The notes below the pieces were generated by a model. That model was not told the DNA's origin, did no database searches, and saw nothing but the letters and a program-made list of their open reading frames with translations. A program made the position numbers and the translations under genes. A DNA stretch of 63,200 nt, filler included, from Octopus bimaculoides (lineage: Eukaryota): the NCBI RefSeq assembly GCF_001194135.2. It is 13 parts of 11 records of this genome, joined end to end, with 100 filler letters (N's around TTAATTAATTAA, not from the genome) between each part and the next. Parts side by side here need not be neighbours in the genome. Positions count along the whole stretch, not along the records: positions 1 to 17,479 come from NC_068982.1; positions 17,580 to 18,997 come from NC_068984.1; positions 19,098 to 21,410 come from NC_068990.1; positions 21,511 to 26,969 come from NC_068989.1; 9 more parts are not named here. The stretch is one strand, 5' to 3'. How positions within the stretch are numbered: position 1 is the stretch's first letter; each line of letters opens with the position of its first letter. Shown in pieces: positions 11,858-24,572 of the stretch.

Positions 11858-13124
11858 CTAGGTTGTCAAGAATGAAATTTGTAGTAAGGTATATGGTAAA
11901 TTTTGACAGCTGCTCATTTTGCACCATTATTATATTTTGACAATCTTTATTTTTTGTAAGAAAAGTAACACATCTATTTTTTTAATTCTAACTCATTTTG
12001 CGCTTTATAAAGTATTTATAAATCATTTTTTGCTAGTTTTGTTTAGAAATGGATAAGCCGGAAATTCGTACAGTTTTGAAATATGAGCTCTTTCTTGGAA
12101 ATACAGCATCACAGACCGCTCGGAATATTAATGGAGTATTTCATTCTAATGTTATTACACAGCAGACAATATCAAATTGGTTTGCAAAATTTCGTTCTGG
12201 TAACGTTGACCTCACCAATGAGCAGCACGGTCGACCAGAAACAAAGGTGGATAATGACAAACTGAAAGCTACCGTCGAGTCAGATCCATCTCAAAGTACC
12301 CGTGGATTATCGTTGTCTTTGGTGTTAACAAGCAAACAATATTGACTCACCTAGTTCAAATCGGTAAAGTGAAAATGTTGGATAAGTGGGTTCCACACGA
12401 ACTCAATGAAAATCAGAAACATCAACGTTTGGAAACCTGCTTTATGCTACTTTCTCGTCATTTTTTAATCAAATTGCAACATGTGATGAGAAATGAATCC
12501 AATACAACAACCGTAAACGTTCAGCACAATGGTTGGACAAAGACAAGCCACCAAAACAGTCCAAAAAGCAAAATTCATCAAAAGAAGCCGAAGGTGTGTG
12601 TTTGGTGGTCTGGCGCAGGTGTGATCCATTATGATTTCATTAAACCTGGCTCATCAATCACGACCGAAGTATACTGCGGCCAACTGGACCGAATGAAGCA
12701 GAAACTTATAGAAAAACAGCCTAGATTAGTCAACAGATCCACTCTTATTTTATTGTAAGACAACGCTAGACCAAACATCGCAAAAATGACATTGGCAAAA
12801 CTACAGGAGTTGGAGTTGGAGGTTCTCCATCATCGACCATACTCACCTGATCTTGCCCCCACTGGTCACCACTTCTCCAGAATTTGAATAACTTTTTGAT
12901 AGGAAAAAAATTTAATTCTGACGATGCTGTAAAACAGGCCTTCCAAGATTTTATTGACTCTAGATTGCCAGGCTTTTACAGTTCCGGGCTGGACAAGCTA
13001 CCGCTGAAATGGCAAACGTATATTGACAATATGGGTGCACAGTTTGATGAATAAAACTATTCCTTGTATTTATAAAACATTAGCAAACTTAATTTTTTTT
13101 CTACAAATTTCATACTTGACCTAA
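11858..13124 (+). mobile_element. Full-length defective mariner (Hsmar1/cecropia-like), transposase pseudogene 12049-~13050
   Basis: TIRs ..GTCAAG(A/T)ATGAAATTTGTAG with TA flanks; WVPHEL, TCDEK, DNARP, YSPDLAP motifs; frameshifts and stops. Confidence 0.95.
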
Positions 13125-13129
13125 TATTT

Positions 13130-13390
13130 TGTCTGTACCTTGTAGCTGTAATCTAATAATCAAGAGTTTTCTCTTTGGTCTTGTGAATTCCAGCTTTTCA
13201 GGATCGATTCTAAGGCCGTTAGTCGTGCTGTCAAGTGCCCCAATGATTATTGGGGGAAATCTGAAATTATGCACTAGATGATGTAACTTCAGGTTTCTCG
13301 TCAATTCTGCATAGATGTTTCCTGTTCGAGAAATTTTCAACATCATGCTGACATCTAAAGGGCAACTGGTTTCAAGTAACATATAATTTC
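13130..13390 (-). pseudogene. C-terminal restriction-like endonuclease (RLE) fragment of a non-LTR retrotransposon
   Basis: ETSCPLD..NIYAEL..FRFPPIIIGAL..EKL resembles the RLE C-terminus of the R2/NeSL/CRE/R4 group. Confidence 0.6.
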
Positions 13391-13439
13391 CTTTCTCAGT
13401 TCTAGACCCTTATAATGCATGTATGCGTGCAAGAATAGT

Positions 13440-13680
13440 TAACCGAAAGATGTTAGTATAACATTAATGCTTAGTGTAGTGAAAACATCTATGTTGAACT
13501 AGTAAAAGATGTACAGTTATCCAGCCGGAATATAGATTTAGGTTTACACCTATAATCATTATGACACTTGGATAAGTAACTAACTGCCTCAGCACAAGTC
13601 TTGAGAAGCTGAATATCACAAAACCATAAAGGTCGCTACTAATCAGGAAATTTAAGCTACAGGCCATTAAAAGGACTGCA
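13440..13680 (+). pseudogene. Second, diverged RLE fragment of the same family in opposite orientation
   Basis: DVSI..ENIYVELVKD..RFRFTPIII.TLG..NCLSTSLEKL..KP.RSLLIRK aligns by eye with the 13130-13390 translation. Confidence 0.55.
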
Positions 13681-13760
13681 AAATGCACGTATGAATGCAT
13701 ATATGCAAATATCTTCGTGGATGTACATGCACGCGTGAATATATATAACTGTACATCTTT

Positions 13761-13807
<47 letters not shown>

Positions 13808-13817
13808 NNNNNNNNNN

Positions 13818-13886
<69 letters not shown>

Positions 13887-14454
13887 CGTGTTTGCGTGTA
13901 TGTATATAATTATCTATATTTGCACAGATGCATCTACACACACACACACACTCATGAGTGAAAGCACGGATATCATTGCATGTGTTGATTTGTATCTTTT
14001 AACTTATGTTTGTGTAAGTATATTCATTTTCGTGTATCTACACATTTATAAATGCACATTTTACAAGCTAAACTTCTAGAATGTCTTATATAATTGAGCG
14101 TGGTTTTAATGGCGTGTAGCTATAATTTTCTAATTAGTTGTGTTCTTCATGGTTTTGTAAAACTCAATTTCTCAAGACTCGTACTGCGACAGTTAATTCC
14201 ATATCCAAGTGTCCTAACAATTATAGGCATAACTCTAAAGCCATCTTCCTAGTGGGTAACTGTACATGTCTTATTAGTTCGGCATAGACGTTTAGTTACT
14301 TTTATCTTTAACATTGCTAACGTCTTTGGTGAAACTAATTTCTAAAACTGTGCGCATTTTTCTTTTTTTTTTTTATTCCACATTATTGTGTTTGGACTGA
14401 TAAACTTGTATTCTGTTGACGCAGAATTAGCAGAATTATTAGAGCATACCCGAT

Positions 14455-14860
14455 CATAGCTGGCTTGTGGAGTCATGTGGAACACCTGCCAACGTGTGTG
14501 AAACGGCTATCAGCTGAGTCTGTTATGGAAATCGTCCCGCCACCTGCCTTTGACCGAAAAGGGCAGGCTGTCTTCGCGTGTTGTGTGGCTTTGGCGGAAG
14601 AAGCTGTGTGATGGACAAGACTGAAAGGGTTGAAGAAAGATATCTTCTTAAGCAGAAATGTTATCAATTTCAAGTTTAATTTAAAAGGGACGTGAAACTG
14701 AGGAGGAAAGAACTGCCTCTCAGCAACTTTCTTGAAATTAGAATGGGATTGGCAAGGACGGTCCGAGTGAAAGGGTTTGGTCTGAGTATGCACCTGTAGA
14801 TTGACGGAGGAAGAAATGGAGAAGGCGACTGCCTTTGGTGGCCAAGTTGACTGTGATAGT
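14455..14860 (+). mobile_element. 5'-truncated L1/Tx1-like ORF2 C-terminus and 3' UTR
   Basis: LWSHVEHL..LSAESVMEIVPPP..AV*WTRLKGL..LARTVRVKGFGLSMHL*; shares tctgagtatgca and the downstream UTR with 8400-8490. Confidence 0.6.
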
Positions 14861-15146
14861 TTGATGTCACTTGATTGACAACATTCTACATAGTATGTGA
14901 ACTGTTCCCAGTAGCGCGATCTTCTTGATAAAAAATGATGCTTTTTGGGACACTGTTGGTGAATTTTTATATTCTCTTCATGAGTTCTAGTACTCCAGTA
15001 ACCACTTGTATTATCTCGGTGTTCATATTCTACATGATCAATGCATTTGCTGATATTGAAAATACTTGTCGAGCTGAATATAAACTAGGCATGTTTAACT
15101 GAAATAGCATTAACTTAAAACAGTTATCTGTGTAACGGACAACTTT

Positions 15147-15198
15147 TGTACAGCGTTGAGAGGCAAGATAATGCAATCTTGCCTGTCAACTATGTATA
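15147..15198. other. 52-nt imperfect hairpin
   Basis: TGTACA-gc-GTTGAGAGGCAAGAT-aatgca-ATCTTGCCTGTCAAC-ta-TGTATA. Confidence 0.6.
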
Positions 15199-17403
15199 TG
15201 CTTTAGGTATGAAACAATTCTGCGCCGACCGGTATATAATATTGTATATCCATCACTACTTCGACAATACAATGAAGGCTCTTCCTAACTGATGAGTTCG
15301 TAAGTCTAAAATAATCCAGAGTTGCTCAAATAATTCAAATAATATTGCTGTTTTTTTATTTCGCATAGCATGATTATTAGCATAATTATTTCTATTGAGT
15401 TTTTCATGCTCTTCTTATTAAATATGTTAACACTAACTGTAAAAATAATTAGATCAATTCAGCTCATTTCTATAAATTTAGATTAATCTTACATATTAGT
15501 ACATGGCCACAGTTTAACAGAAGGGGGCAAAACGAAACCTGCATCAATACTCGACAAGTACTTTATTTCTATATCTGCAACTGTTGGAAGGAAAAGATTG
15601 GTCAACTCTGATGGAATTTTGAACATGAACGTTGATAGATGATATTAAATGCCGTATACCACTCAAACCTGCATGCTATCGTTTCTGTCATGGATTAATC
15701 TTTAGCAGTAAATGTACAACAAAGAATAAATAGATTAAGATATGTACTTTTAATTTGTCAATCCTGTGTTCCAGTCACTACAATTTTCTTCTTTCCCGAA
15801 CAACACACCATAATGATGCCATTTACTTTTCTTCCTCTTTTTTCCTTTTCTTTTCTCGTTCCTCACCTTTTTCGAAAATAAGGTTAATTTAATATGGCAC
15901 ACAAATTATTTCGTTGATTATAACATATTCATTCCTTTTATTCATTTTTCATAATGGCTTATCCAGACAGTCTTAAGTGATATCAGGAGTTCTATTCAGT
16001 TTTGCATTATTTATTTTATTTTTAACGAACGTTAATTCATATTCAGTTAGCATCGTATCATCAGCTTTCATTTGCTTTTGAGTTAGAAAGTAAATGAAAG
16101 CGATATTGTGTTTCATAGCAACACTCTCATCATATGATGGTTGTCGACAACTATCTAAAAACCAATACTCCAGGCATGGGAACTAATAAATAACTGGCTT
16201 TTCCAATTCCTTTACGGTTGCAAATGAAAAAAATGCATTCCAATACAAGTGAAAAAGAAACAGAGATAATGTAATTCAATGCATGCCTTCGACAGAAGTA
16301 GAAAGGGGCTGGAAAATAACTTTTAATAAACGATATGTAGTTTCATGCCAAAACAGCTTATAACTTTTCATCGTTTATAATAAAATATAGTCCCATCTGT
16401 TCGAAAAGTATATCTATATCATACATAAGTCATATAAAAATCGATGGCACGGGCATGGCTGAAAAAGAGTTGGATAAAGGTTTTGTGAGTACTACTTATT
16501 TTCTGCGTCTCTGGAACAGTACTGTTGTTACACATACACTTACCCACCTAATCACACACGCACACACATCCTCGCGCGTACACACAGATGAACCCATACA
16601 CAAAAACATCGTAAATGTGTCCCCATAACAAATCATTCGGCTGATTTGAAAATACACATCCTCCGATGTACTACAACCACTGGCACAAATATAATCTATT
16701 TCTTTTCTCTACTTGTAAGATAATTATAAAATACAGATTCTCTGAACTAGCAGGCTGCGAATCTTGTCAGATAAAGGCAAACGTACAAACCTATTAGTCC
16801 TTCTTACTCTATACCTTCTGTGTCTCGTCCCTCAAATTCTACCGTGTCTCTCCCCACAAACTTACTTTTTCCAATCATGCTTCAGACTAATATATATATA
16901 TATATTCTCATTGCCCATGGTTATCCTGCAGAGATAGATCTGCAGATGTTCCGATTGAATCTCAAGGGTCTAAAAAGGTGAATAACGGAATAAGAAATAA
17001 AACGAAGTTCAAATGCCAAAAAAGTAATGTTTAACGTTAAATATTTCTTCAGTAATATATCTCACGTATTGCTAAATGTCAATTCCTTTCGCCAAGTTGA
17101 GAAAAACCAGTGACATTAGTCCCAATTGATCGTATCTAACAAATACAATTTTCAAATCTGAGATTGTCTGTCAACTTGAATACAAGAACATGTTTTATGA
17201 CCGGCAATATTTCATTTGAAATTGCTTTAGTATAAACATACATCTGTTTGAGATAACGTTGGTATTGTGCTCCCCCCCTCTCTCTCTCTCTGTCTCTTTC
17301 TCTTTCTCTCTCTAAAAGAAGTTGATTATATAAACAGATTCGATTACACATTCTGCACATATTATATTTATAGTTCGTTAAGTGGCAATGCTGTTAAAAT
17401 GCA

Positions 17404-17479
<76 letters not shown>

Positions 17480-17523
17480 NNNNNNNNNNNNNNNNNNNNN
17501 NNNNNNNNNNNNNNNNNNNNNNN

Positions 17524-17535
17524 TTAATTAATTAA
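17524..17535. other. Assembly gap linker TTAATTAATTAA (artefact; 12 occurrences in the window)
   Basis: Always embedded in N runs (44 N + 12 + 44 N = 100 bp where counted); palindromic with stops in all six frames. Confidence 0.9.
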
Positions 17536-17579
17536 NNNNNNNNNNNNNNNNNNNNNNNNNNNNNNNNNNNNNNNNNNNN

Positions 17580-17910
17580 TTCAAAATACAAGACCTGGAA
17601 ATAGAGGTAACTCGAATGTGGAATCTAAAAACAGAAACAATTCCTACCATAGTAGGTGCCTTAGGAATAATAAAAAAATATTCAGACAAATACATAACAA
17701 AAACACCAGGACTTACAAATATATATAACATACAGAAAATTGCACTACTGGGCACTGCACACATCCTACGCAAAACACTTTCAATACAGTAACCATAAGA
17801 GCATCACAGCAAACCACAGCACATACCCAAGGCGCACAGGGCTGCGCTCGGTAGTGAAGTGAAAGCACGTTATAAAAATAAAACTACTGAACAATAATAA
17901 TAATAATAAT
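17580..17910 (+). mobile_element. R4/Dong-like LINE 3' end (RLE C-terminus, 3' UTR, (AAT)n tail)
   Basis: KYKDLEIEVTRMWNLKTETIPTIVGALG..IQKIALLGTAHILRKTLSIQ*. Confidence 0.9.
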
Positions 17911-17953
17911 TCTTTTTTTCTTCTTCTTCTTATTATCATCATCATCATCATCA

Positions 17954-18009
<56 letters not shown>

Positions 18010-18012
<3 letters not shown>

Positions 18013-18143
18013 TAGTCTTATTTTGATCACGTGCTTTCACTACACTACCGAACCTTGGGTATGTGCTGTGGTTTGTTGTGATGCTCTTATTGTTATTGTA
18101 TTGAAAGTGTTTTACGTAGGATGTGTGCGGTGCCTAGTAGTAC

Positions 18144-18146
<3 letters not shown>
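18010..18146 (-). mobile_element. R4/Dong-like LINE 3' tip, antisense
   Basis: Reverse complement of the 3' UTR at 17750-17890. Confidence 0.85.
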
Positions 18147-18207
<61 letters not shown>

Positions 18208-18210
<3 letters not shown>

Positions 18211-18435
18211 GGCGGTGAGATGGCAGAGTCGTTAGAGCGCTGGGCAAAATGCTTAGCGGTATTTTGTCCGTCCCTACCTTCTGAGTTCAAAATTTCACCG
18301 AGGTCAACTTTGCCTTTCATCCTTTCGGCGTCGATGAAATGCATAAGTACCAGTTGAGTACTGGGGTCGATGTAATCGACTAGCCCCCTCCCCCAAAATT
18401 TTAGGCCTTCTGCTTATAGTAGAAAGGATTATTAT
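18208..18435 (+). mobile_element. SINE family B, intact, within (TTA)n
   Basis: aaggcggtgagatggcagagtcgttag...gagttcaaaatt...agtagaaaggattatt. Confidence 0.85.
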
Positions 18436-18438
18436 CAT

Positions 18439-18439
<1 letters not shown>

Positions 18440-18513
<74 letters not shown>

Positions 18514-18705
18514 AACCATTAACGCTCGCGCTAGTACCAATATACCAATGGCATTAATGAAACAGTATCACCAACATATTGTGGTACCGCCTTCCCAAAA
18601 TATAATATTACATAATTCAATCAATTTCGACATCGCTGCCACGGAATGCCATCCCCTCCTCTTCCTCCTCTTTCTCATCATCATCATCATCATCATCACC
18701 ATCAC

Positions 18706-18752
<47 letters not shown>

Positions 18753-18997
18753 CCGGTAGTAGCAGTAGCAGCATCAACGGCACCAACAGTTGCGGCGGCG
18801 GCAGCAGCAGCAGTAATAGCATTGCAATCACTACTAACACCGAGATGAGCATCGTCGTCACTCAACCATTCACATCGTTAACCTCATTATCATCACAACT
18901 TTCTTCTTCATCCTCAACATAGTCATCACAGCCATCAATCTTACCACCACCACCACCACCACCACCACCACCACCATCACCACTACCATCATCATCA
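18440..18997. repeat. Compound trinucleotide microsatellites (CTA, CAT, CAG, CAC)
   Basis: Direct reading. Confidence 0.85.
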
Positions 18998-19097
18998 NNN
19001 NNNNNNNNNNNNNNNNNNNNNNNNNNNNNNNNNNNNNNNNNTTAATTAATTAANNNNNNNNNNNNNNNNNNNNNNNNNNNNNNNNNNNNNNNNNNNN

Positions 19098-19167
<70 letters not shown>

Positions 19168-19247
19168 CAACGTATGGACGCTGGTTACTCTCATTCATAG
19201 TTTACGTTTAGTTTTCTGAAATTTTGAATTTTTAATCACCTTTTGCT

Positions 19248-19290
19248 TTGAACTTGAGAAGGACAGACGTACTGTCGAAATATTGTTCAA
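19248..19290 (+). ncRNA. Minimal type I hammerhead ribozyme, U3-A8 variant
   Basis: TTGAAC-TTGAGAA-G-GACAG(ACGTA)CTGTC-GAAAT-ATT-GTTCAA: 6-bp stem I, 5-bp stem II, palindromic ATAT stem III. Confidence 0.7.
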
Positions 19291-19373
19291 CGAATAAAAC
19301 ATTTATACAAGCGAATCGCACTCTTCGTCTTGACTATTTACCTTCGTGAAGAGTTACGTCAATCCTTTTTAAA

Positions 19374-19443
<70 letters not shown>

Positions 19444-19551
19444 TACAGTAAACATAAGCGTACCACGGCAAACCATAGCACATACCCAAGGCGCACAGAG
19501 CTGCGCTCGGTAGTGAAGTGAAAGCACGTTATAAAAATAAAACTACTGAAC

Positions 19552-19583
<32 letters not shown>
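19444..19583 (+). mobile_element. R4/Dong-like 3' UTR tip with (AAT)n tail
   Basis: Matches 17785-17900. Confidence 0.85.
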
Positions 19584-19584
<1 letters not shown>

Positions 19585-21166
19585 CAAAGCATCGCTATTA
19601 GAAGGGGATATTCCAGGGAGACACGCTCTCTTCACTCCTTTTCTGCTTGGCACTGACACCTTTATCTGACATGCTAAACAGAACTGGATGTGGATGCAAC
19701 TGTTACGACAAAACAATCAGCCACCTCTTATATATGGATGATCTATAACTGTACGCTACAAATGATAAACAGTTGGAAACATTACTACAGATAGTACATA
19801 GATTTACCAAAGAAATAAACATGAAGTTTGGCTTAGAAATATGTGCCAAAGCAACCTTGAAAGGCGGAAAACTAGTTAAGAGTAGCAACATCACACGAGA
19901 TAAAGCAGATGAAACAAGAGAATTAGACCAAAGCCAGACATACAAATACTTAGGAATCAATGAACTAGACACGATATAACACATACAAATGAAAGAAAAG
20001 ATAAGAAAAGAATGCTATAGACGAGTTAGATTAATACTCGAACACAGCTCAATGCAAACAAGATAATAGGTATCAACACTTTAGCCTTTCCAGTTACAGC
20101 TATACTATTCTTAACTGGACTGTAAATGAACTAATCAAAATAAACAGGAAAAGAAGAAAAATGATGACAGGATTTAGGATGTACCACCCAAAATCTGAAA
20201 TAGAAAGGCTGTATATACAACGTATCGAAGGTGGTAGAGGCCTTATACAGCTAGAAAACTATTACAGAATAACCACCATAGGACTACAGAAATACCTACT
20301 TCAGAAGCAAGGAAAACTAACACAAATAGCTACACAAAAAACGAACACGACAAGAAATTGTTTTCCGTCTTTAAGGAAGCTGACAAATACAAAAAAGAAG
20401 TCATAGTACCTAACAACTATGAAGAAAAAGAAGAAACAAAAAAAGCTGTAAAACAACTGAAATCCAAACTAAAACTGGAACAGCAACGGATCGTGATAAA
20501 ACGATGGCAAGAAAAGCCCCTTCATGACAAATACTTGGTTAAACTAAACAGAAAAGAATTAGGCAAAGTAAAATCCCAGCAATGGCTGAGAAGCTCAGGA
20601 CTCAAAGCAGAGACTGAAGGATTTTAAACTGCAGCACAAGATCAAAGCTTTCTCACCAGAAATTACCAAAAACATATAATGAAAATATCACAGAAAATGA
20701 GAAAGCAACCATACACTGGTATATGCCAATACACACAGCTAGAGAAATTAAGGCCAAAACACCGGATATAGCTATCAGAGATCACCAAGTAAAAATTGCT
20801 TTCTAATAGATGTATCAATACCAACAGATGACAATGTTTCTCTAAAAGAAACAGAGAAACTTTCAAAATACAAAGACATGCAAATAGAGGCAACTCGAAT
20901 TTAGAGTTAAAAAACAGAAACAATTTCCTATCATAGTAGGCGCATTAGGTATGATAAAAAAAGTATTCATACAAATACATAAAAAACAGGATTAGCATGT
21001 ATATATAACATAGAGAAAATAGCACTACTAAGCACCGCCCACATCCTACATAAAACACTTTCAAAACAGTAAAAATAAGAGCTTCACAACAAACCACAGC
21101 ACATACCCAAGGCACACAGAGCTGCATTCGGTAGTGCAGTGAAAGCACGTGATAAAAAAAATAATA

Positions 21167-21246
<80 letters not shown>

Positions 21247-21265
21247 CAAGAACAACAATAATAAT
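19584..21265 (+). mobile_element. 5'-truncated R4/Dong-like LINE (RT, linker, RLE), pseudogenised
   Basis: GIFQGDTLS.LLF, HLLYMDDL, YKYLG, GGRGL, AAQDQ and PDI..LIDVSIP motifs; 3' UTR and (AAT)n tail; (AAT)n also on the 5' side. Confidence 0.95.
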
Positions 21266-23609
21266 AATTGCCCGGATGCAGTACCAGGCAGTGGCTTTCA
21301 TGGCTTCTGATCTTAATTGATTGGAAGTGTTATCAGGTACATTGTTTTGTCTTGGTATAAAAGATGGGCTACCGCAATGGTCATAGACCGGATTATAAAG
21401 GACCACTTACNNNNNNNNNNNNNNNNNNNNNNNNNNNNNNNNNNNNNNNNNNNNTTAATTAATTAANNNNNNNNNNNNNNNNNNNNNNNNNNNNNNNNNN
21501 NNNNNNNNNNTATATATATATTCAACGGGATTCTTTCAGTTTCCATCTACTAAAACCACTCAAAAGGTTTTGGTCGTCCCGAGGCTATAGTAGAAGACAT
21601 TTATATATATATATATATGTGTGTGTTTGTGTCTGTGTATGTATGTATGCATGCATGTATGTGTAATGTGTAAAATATATATAATAAAATCGGTACCTAT
21701 TTCTCTAAAACTTTCATAATAGTCTAAAATCTTTTATTTTAGTCATTTACATATTTTGTGGAGAGTCTTGTTATAACAGATCTTTCAATTCAAAATAGTT
21801 GCTATGTTGGTTATTATTTTTTGTTAATATTTCACTTCTTGTATTTTCTCCTGCTTTTTGCTTTTTCTTTTTCTTTTACTTGTCTTCTGTTCATGTTTCA
21901 AAGCCAGTCTATCATCTGTCAGATATGTTTCCCTCGTGAATTTTTGTAGAATTGCTACTAAAAGACGTTGTCGTTAGTTTCTTAATTCTTTCTTTGTTCA
22001 AACACCAATACGAGTTTCTCCAATAAGTACGAATACCAAACTTTCTATTTTGTATTTCCCTACACAACATACCATGCATTAAACATTATTCTAAATATGA
22101 ATAGAAAAGAACAAACAAAAGCATCGATCGCATGATTTATATAGACATAGATACATACATACGTGCAATGGTAGAGATACATACATATTATGAATATATA
22201 ATTTATGCTTTCATATGTACACATGTAAATACATAAATGCATATACATGTGTGCGTGTGTGTGTGTACCTGTTTGTGTGTCTGTCTAAATAGATACTTAG
22301 ACGAAAGTATATGTGTGTGTGTGTGAGTGTACATAATTGTGAGATGTATGCATGTTTATATATAGAGAAAAAGAACAAACGAATTTATATATATATATAT
22401 GTATATAGATGTATATATATATATATATATNNNNNNNNNNNNNNNNNNNNNNNNNNNNNNNNNNNNNNNNNNNNNNNNNNNNNNNNNNNNNNNNNNNNNN
22501 NNNNNNNNNNNNNNNNNNNNNNNNNNNNNNNNNNNNNNNNNNNNNNNNNNNNNNNNNNNNNNNNNNNNNNNNNNNNNNNNNNNNNNNNNNNNNNNNNNNN
22601 NNNNNNNNNNNNNNNNNNNNNNNNNNNNNNNNNNNNNNNNNNNNNNNNNNNNNNNNNNNNNNNNNNNNNNNNNNNNNNNNNNNNNNNNNNNNNNNNNNNN
22701 NNNNNNNNNNNNNNNNNNNNNNNNNNNNNNNNNNNNNNNNNNNNNNNNNNNNNNNNNNNNNNNNNNNNNNNNNNNNNNNNNNNNNNNNNNNNNNNNNNNN
22801 NNNNNNNNNNNNNNNNNNNNNNNNNNNNNNNNNNNNNNNNNNNNNNNNNNNNNNNNNNNNNNNNNNNNNNNNNNNNNNNNNNNNNNNNNNNATATACACA
22901 TATACATACATACAAAAATATTTAGCACTTATCAAGTGCTGAGGATAATTCCGTAAGACATCGAGGCTTTCAATGGTAAGAGGGCTGCATATGAAAAGAA
23001 AGAGAAAATATGCAGCATTCTATAAAGTGAACACGCCCAAACCTAAGGAGAGTATAGGTAAAAATGAAAAGAATTATACAAAATAATATAGAAAAAGATC
23101 AGCTGAGTGCAAATAATTTTTGAGATGCCATTTATTGGCGCCACACGATGAAAATATACTTGCAGTCTTGTTTAGAAAAGCAAATTAATGGTCCTGATGC
23201 TCTGTGATATGAATACGGTAATATAGCTGGGAAATAGATACTATCAGATTCTAAAACAAACTTGGTGATTTCAATGGTTCTTTAACTAGTACGAACCGAA
23301 GTGACTGCTAAGCTACGAAATACTTTAACGTTAGGTTGTAATCTAGTTTCTCAATAACCAAGCATTTAAGCGACGTTTGTTCCTTGAAAACTTGAAAAGC
23401 TTCCGCTCTTTAACAGAACCTGCACCCACCTACATAGACACGTATAATAGTATTATATATATATATATATATATAGGTAAATTATTCACAATTTTACACC
23501 CTAAAGGCAGAAATATAAACCTCACTGAAGTGACAAAGGGCATTCATCAGCACCAGTTTTGCTAGAAATAAGTGTGAAAACGACTCAATAGCCACGGAAA
23601 GTACTATCT

Positions 23610-23966
23610 TAATGAATGATAAGGGAGGCAAGCTCATTGTAGCAGCTCTATTTCTGGCAATACTGGCGCTGATTAAAGTCCATTGTCAACTTAGTGATGT
23701 ATGAGAGTTCGACAATTTTTTTACCGAACAAACACACAGATGATATGTTTAGAATGATCAAATGTTTGTGTAGACATAAACTCATTCCCTCCATCAAATC
23801 AACATTACCTGTACAGGTGCAACTGGGTACCACATGTAAGATGTCGAAATGATCGCAGGGAGCGTGAAATGAATTGCTTTGATCAAGAACACAACGCAAT
23901 ACCCGGTCTGGGATTCGAACCCACAATCTCGCAATCTGTAACACCCTAACCACTAAGCCATGTGCC
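23610..23966 (-). mobile_element. tRNA-derived SINE family D (degenerate)
   Basis: Antisense head ggcacatggcttagtggttagggtgt..ggttcgaatcccagacc..ttgtgttcttgatcaaagca, related to 43405-43551; the left boundary is approximate. Confidence 0.65.
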
Positions 23967-24572
23967 ATACATACATATAGAATCCAAGGAAGACAGGGAA
24001 GAAAACCATGCAGTCTTTTACTGGTTCCACAGGTAAATACCCAGTTTAGCAGAGAAAGAAACTTAACAAATTACATGGATATATATTAAATTATAAAATA
24101 TAATAGAAAATCGAGATATTACAGTTAGCAATTAAAAAATTAAAATTCAAAATATATTACCATACCGAGATTGTGAGGTCACCTCACAATCTCTTACACA
24201 TCTTCCTCTATCCATCTATTTATAGCCTACTGCTTGCACCGCTACCTTCATTTCTCCCTTATCTATTTCCTCCTCCTTCCTTCCTGTCTTATGGCTTGAT
24301 CTCACATACCTTCCACTCACTTCGGGCTGTCTTTTAAGTAAACAATGCACAGAGTAAACTGGATACGGAATGATATATATCTACCAATATAACTATAATT
24401 ATCACTGGAAAATACCCACACGGATTCTATACATGGATATTTACCTTTGGAATGGAACTATATTCCAAGTACTTTTTCTTCTTTGTTTTTTCTTCTCTGC
24501 ATCTCTCTCATTTCTTACTGTAAATCTACTCATACAGACTTAATAATTCGACTATTACCTTCTACTATTACC

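Noticed and set aside
15161-15180. AGGCAAGAT resembling the miR-31 5' end
   Set aside because: Only the first 9 nt match and it sits against the loop
18548-18922. Poly-Asp/Met/Ile ORFs, and similar ones at 29683-30234, 49501-49805, 51053-51642, 55735-56373
   Set aside because: Translations of microsatellites with no domain content
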